A DNA stretch of 64,000 nt from an uncultured Candidatus Binatia bacterium (GTDB lineage: Bacteria > Desulfobacterota > Binatia > Bin18), in assembly GCA_965214605.1 (NCBI GenBank), contig OZ243961.1, positions 3,456,001 through 3,520,000 of the forward strand. Direction: 5' to 3'. A model generated the notes under the pieces. That model made no database searches, was not told the DNA's origin, and saw only the letters and a program-made list of their open reading frames with translations. Shown piece after piece: positions 61,820-64,000 of the stretch. Made by a program: the position numbers and the translations under genes. Each line of letters begins with the position of its first letter. Within the stretch, counting starts at the first letter, position 1.

Positions 61820-62321
61820 GCTGTGCGGCTTGCTCTCTTCCCAGGTTTTCTCCCAAGAAGAGAGATCGGCCAAGCGCTAGGGCTGCTTACTCGACCACAC
61901 CAGCCGGGATGAGCGGTGCGCCAAGGGTAAAACCGATGACCAGCAATAATAATTGCCCTGTCTTTCCTTGTGGTGATTCGGACAATAGCACAGTCTAGGA
62001 GTTTAGATTGGCAGAGCGCCGTCCAACACCCCGCCCGCGTAAAGAAAACGTCTGAGGGCATCTCGAAAGACCACCAACAAAGCCCGCGGCCACACTAACT
62101 GTCCGCCGCTACCGGCCGGCTGGTCTCAGCCCCACATCCACACCCTACCGCTGGTCCGGTAACATACGTAGACTCAGAAGGATTTGTTCACGTCAGCGGC
62201 GACCGGCATATACCGCCGGGCTCCATCCGGCATAGAGTGGAGTACCGGCAATTTCTCTCACCTCATTTCGTGTCTTCTCCTGTCATTGACGAGTCGGGTG
62301 GTCTGGCGATAGGGTATAGGT

Positions 62322-62843
62322 ATGATTGCGCCTGCTTTCGACACGCACAAGGCCGTCAAGGCGCTCCAAGAAGCCGGAGCGGCCGAATCCTTGGCTGAAG
62401 CCGTAGTGGCAACCGTCGGCGCGGCGATGGGCGAGAGCATAAAGACAAAGGCTGACCTGACCGAAGTGAAGGCTGGTCTGACCGAAGTGAAGGCTGACCT
62501 GACCGAAGTGAAGGCTGGTCTGACTGCAGTGAAGGTTGACCTGACTGCAGTGAAGAGTGAGATAGCCAGTGTGCGGACCGAGTTGACTGGCGAGATAGCC
62601 AGTGTGCGGGCCGAGTTGACTGGCGAAATAGCCAGTGTGCGGACCGAGTTGACTGGCGAGATAGCCAGTGTGCGGACCGAATTGACTGGTGAGATAGCCA
62701 GCGTGCGGGCCGAGTTGACCGACGTAAAGGCCGAGTTCAAAGCCGACGTAGCCGGGCTGGAAGTTCGCTTATACCGTCAGTTGTGGGTTCTTGGGGTTAG
62801 CATTGTCGGGCTGACGGTCACGTTGATGAAGCTACTCAACTGA
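62322..62843 (+). CDS. DUF1640/CCDC90-like coiled-coil membrane protein with internal repeats
   Basis: FDTHKAVKALQEAG, TKADL neck, repeat stalk, C-terminal TM helix. Confidence 0.85.
   Translation: MIAPAFDTHKAVKALQEAGAAESLAEAVVATVGAAMGESIKTKADLTEVKAGLTEVKADLTEVKAGLTAVKVDLTAVKSEIASVRTELTGEIASVRAELTGEIASVRTELTGEIASVRTELTGEIASVRAELTDVKAEFKADVAGLEVRLYRQLWVLGVSIVGLTVTLMKLLN
62448..62720 (+). repeat. Intragenic tandem repeats: 5 x 21 bp then about 5 x 33 bp
   Basis: AAGGCTGACCTGACCGAAGTG-like units at 62448-62552; GAGATAGCCAGTGTGCGGACCGAGTTGACTGGC-like units at 62559-62720. Confidence 0.95.
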
Positions 62844-63394
62844 GCCGTGCAGGCCAATATGTCAGACTAATGGAGCGTGATCCCCGACAGCCTGCCCGTG
62901 TAAAGAAAGCGCTCGAAGCCCTCTTAGGACAGTACTGGATATGGAACTTTTCGAACTGTCCGACTTAGACCACCAACAATTACACCAACGACCGATGAGA
63001 TGACAGGTGAAAGAAACACTTTTTGATCTGACTCATCAATATATCGCTGAGCGAGTTTGATACAGTCCTTAAGGTCCGGTTCGTTCGTGGTTCAGACGCA
63101 GGTGGGAGGCGAGAAAATCTTTGGTTATGCCTTCCCTACGAACAAGCTCGCTAAACGCTGCTTTCCAGAGCGATGCCCCAATGTCGGCTATACTGTCGCA
63201 GATCATGTCTGCACGCTCGCTCTCCTTCAACGCGGGAATCAGCACTTCCTTGCCGGATGTTATTGTACTCTTCGTCATCAGAATACCGGCCGTCCGGATA
63301 TACAGAGAAGTCATCGGTAATTGAGATTCTGCTATTGTTCATAGCGCCTCGCTGTAGGCCCTCAAGTTCGTCTCTGCGTGAACAGGAGGACCTT

Positions 63395-64000
63395 TCAGTC
63401 AAAGTTATGAGTATCCAGGTAGTCGCGGATACGGCCCAGGGCGGTTTCGATCCGCTGGGCGGATTGAGCGAAGCACAGCCGGAAGTGGGCCTCGTTGCCG
63501 GGTCCAAAGGTAAAGCCCGGAGCAAGGCCCACGTTTTTTTCGGCCAGTAGGCCCTGCACGAACTCCAGGCCGGAACGCAGTCCCCGGACGTGGGGAAAGA
63601 CATAGAAGGCGCCTTCTGGCTCGCTCAGCTCAATACGCGGGTGTGGGGCTAGAATCTGCATCACCAACTCGCGCCCGGCCCGGTAGCGCTCGCGCAGTTC
63701 CTGCACAAAGGGCTCACCCTGGGTGAGAGCGATAATGCCGGCGCTCTGGATGAAAGGCGGAGCACCGGTATTGGAGCACTCGGAGAATGCGGCCATCTGC
63801 TCGCCATAGCCGGCCGGTACAACCATCCAGCCCAGCCGCCAGCCGGTCATGGCGAACGCCTTGGAGAAGCCATTGATGACAATCAGCGGATCGTCTGGCG
63901 CGGCTATGGACAGAAAAGAGGGGGCAACGTCACCCTCAAAGACGTTGCGATGATAGACCTCGTCGGCGATAATTACGATGTTCCGCTGACGGCAGAAATC
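63395..64000 (-). CDS. PLP-dependent class I/II aminotransferase (5' truncated by window edge)
   Basis: IIADEVY, INGFSKAFAMTGWRLG, PEGAFY, APGFTFG, FRLCFA. Confidence 0.93.
   Translation of the reverse strand, partial: DFCRQRNIVIIADEVYHRNVFEGDVAPSFLSIAAPDDPLIVINGFSKAFAMTGWRLGWMVVPAGYGEQMAAFSECSNTGAPPFIQSAGIIALTQGEPFVQELRERYRAGRELVMQILAPHPRIELSEPEGAFYVFPHVRGLRSGLEFVQGLLAEKNVGLAPGFTFGPGNEAHFRLCFAQSAQRIETALGRIRDYLDTHNFD

Noticed and set aside
62448-62720. CRISPR-like 33-bp repeats
   Set aside because: The units are contiguous without unique spacers and encode an in-frame coiled coil.

Overview
About 60% GC bacterial chromosome segment. The gene content (LLM oxidoreductases, CaiB transferase, amidohydrolases, DUF1329, glnB-glnA under sigma54) suggests a deltaproteobacteria-like lineage such as Binatia, but this is inference only. 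The housekeeping backbone comprises leuA (partial), leuB, glnBA, plsY, tRNA-Pro(CGG), rlmD, thiO, chdC, ispH, cysQ, trmFO, topA and argS. It is interleaved with catabolic genes and many frameshifted remnants: an IS1634 element, type III R-M mod/res, MAD8-like, AbiEii-like and dynamin-like fragments, dprA, two amidohydrolases, an amidase and a DUF4143 ATPase. The strongest hidden signal is a tandem-rhodanese sulfurtransferase with an in-frame TGA exactly at the catalytic Cys position, followed by a SECIS-like hairpin. It is a probable selenoprotein that the ORF track truncates, and it ends an apparent epimerase-LLM monooxygenase operon. Other highlights are an amide-catabolism neighbourhood around a stand-alone N,N-dimethylformamidase large subunit, a nitrilase-fold protein lacking the catalytic Cys, a NYN-Zn ribbon-cold shock fusion, and an intact DUF2075 nuclease-helicase. 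Family calls come from motif recognition only; no database searches were run.
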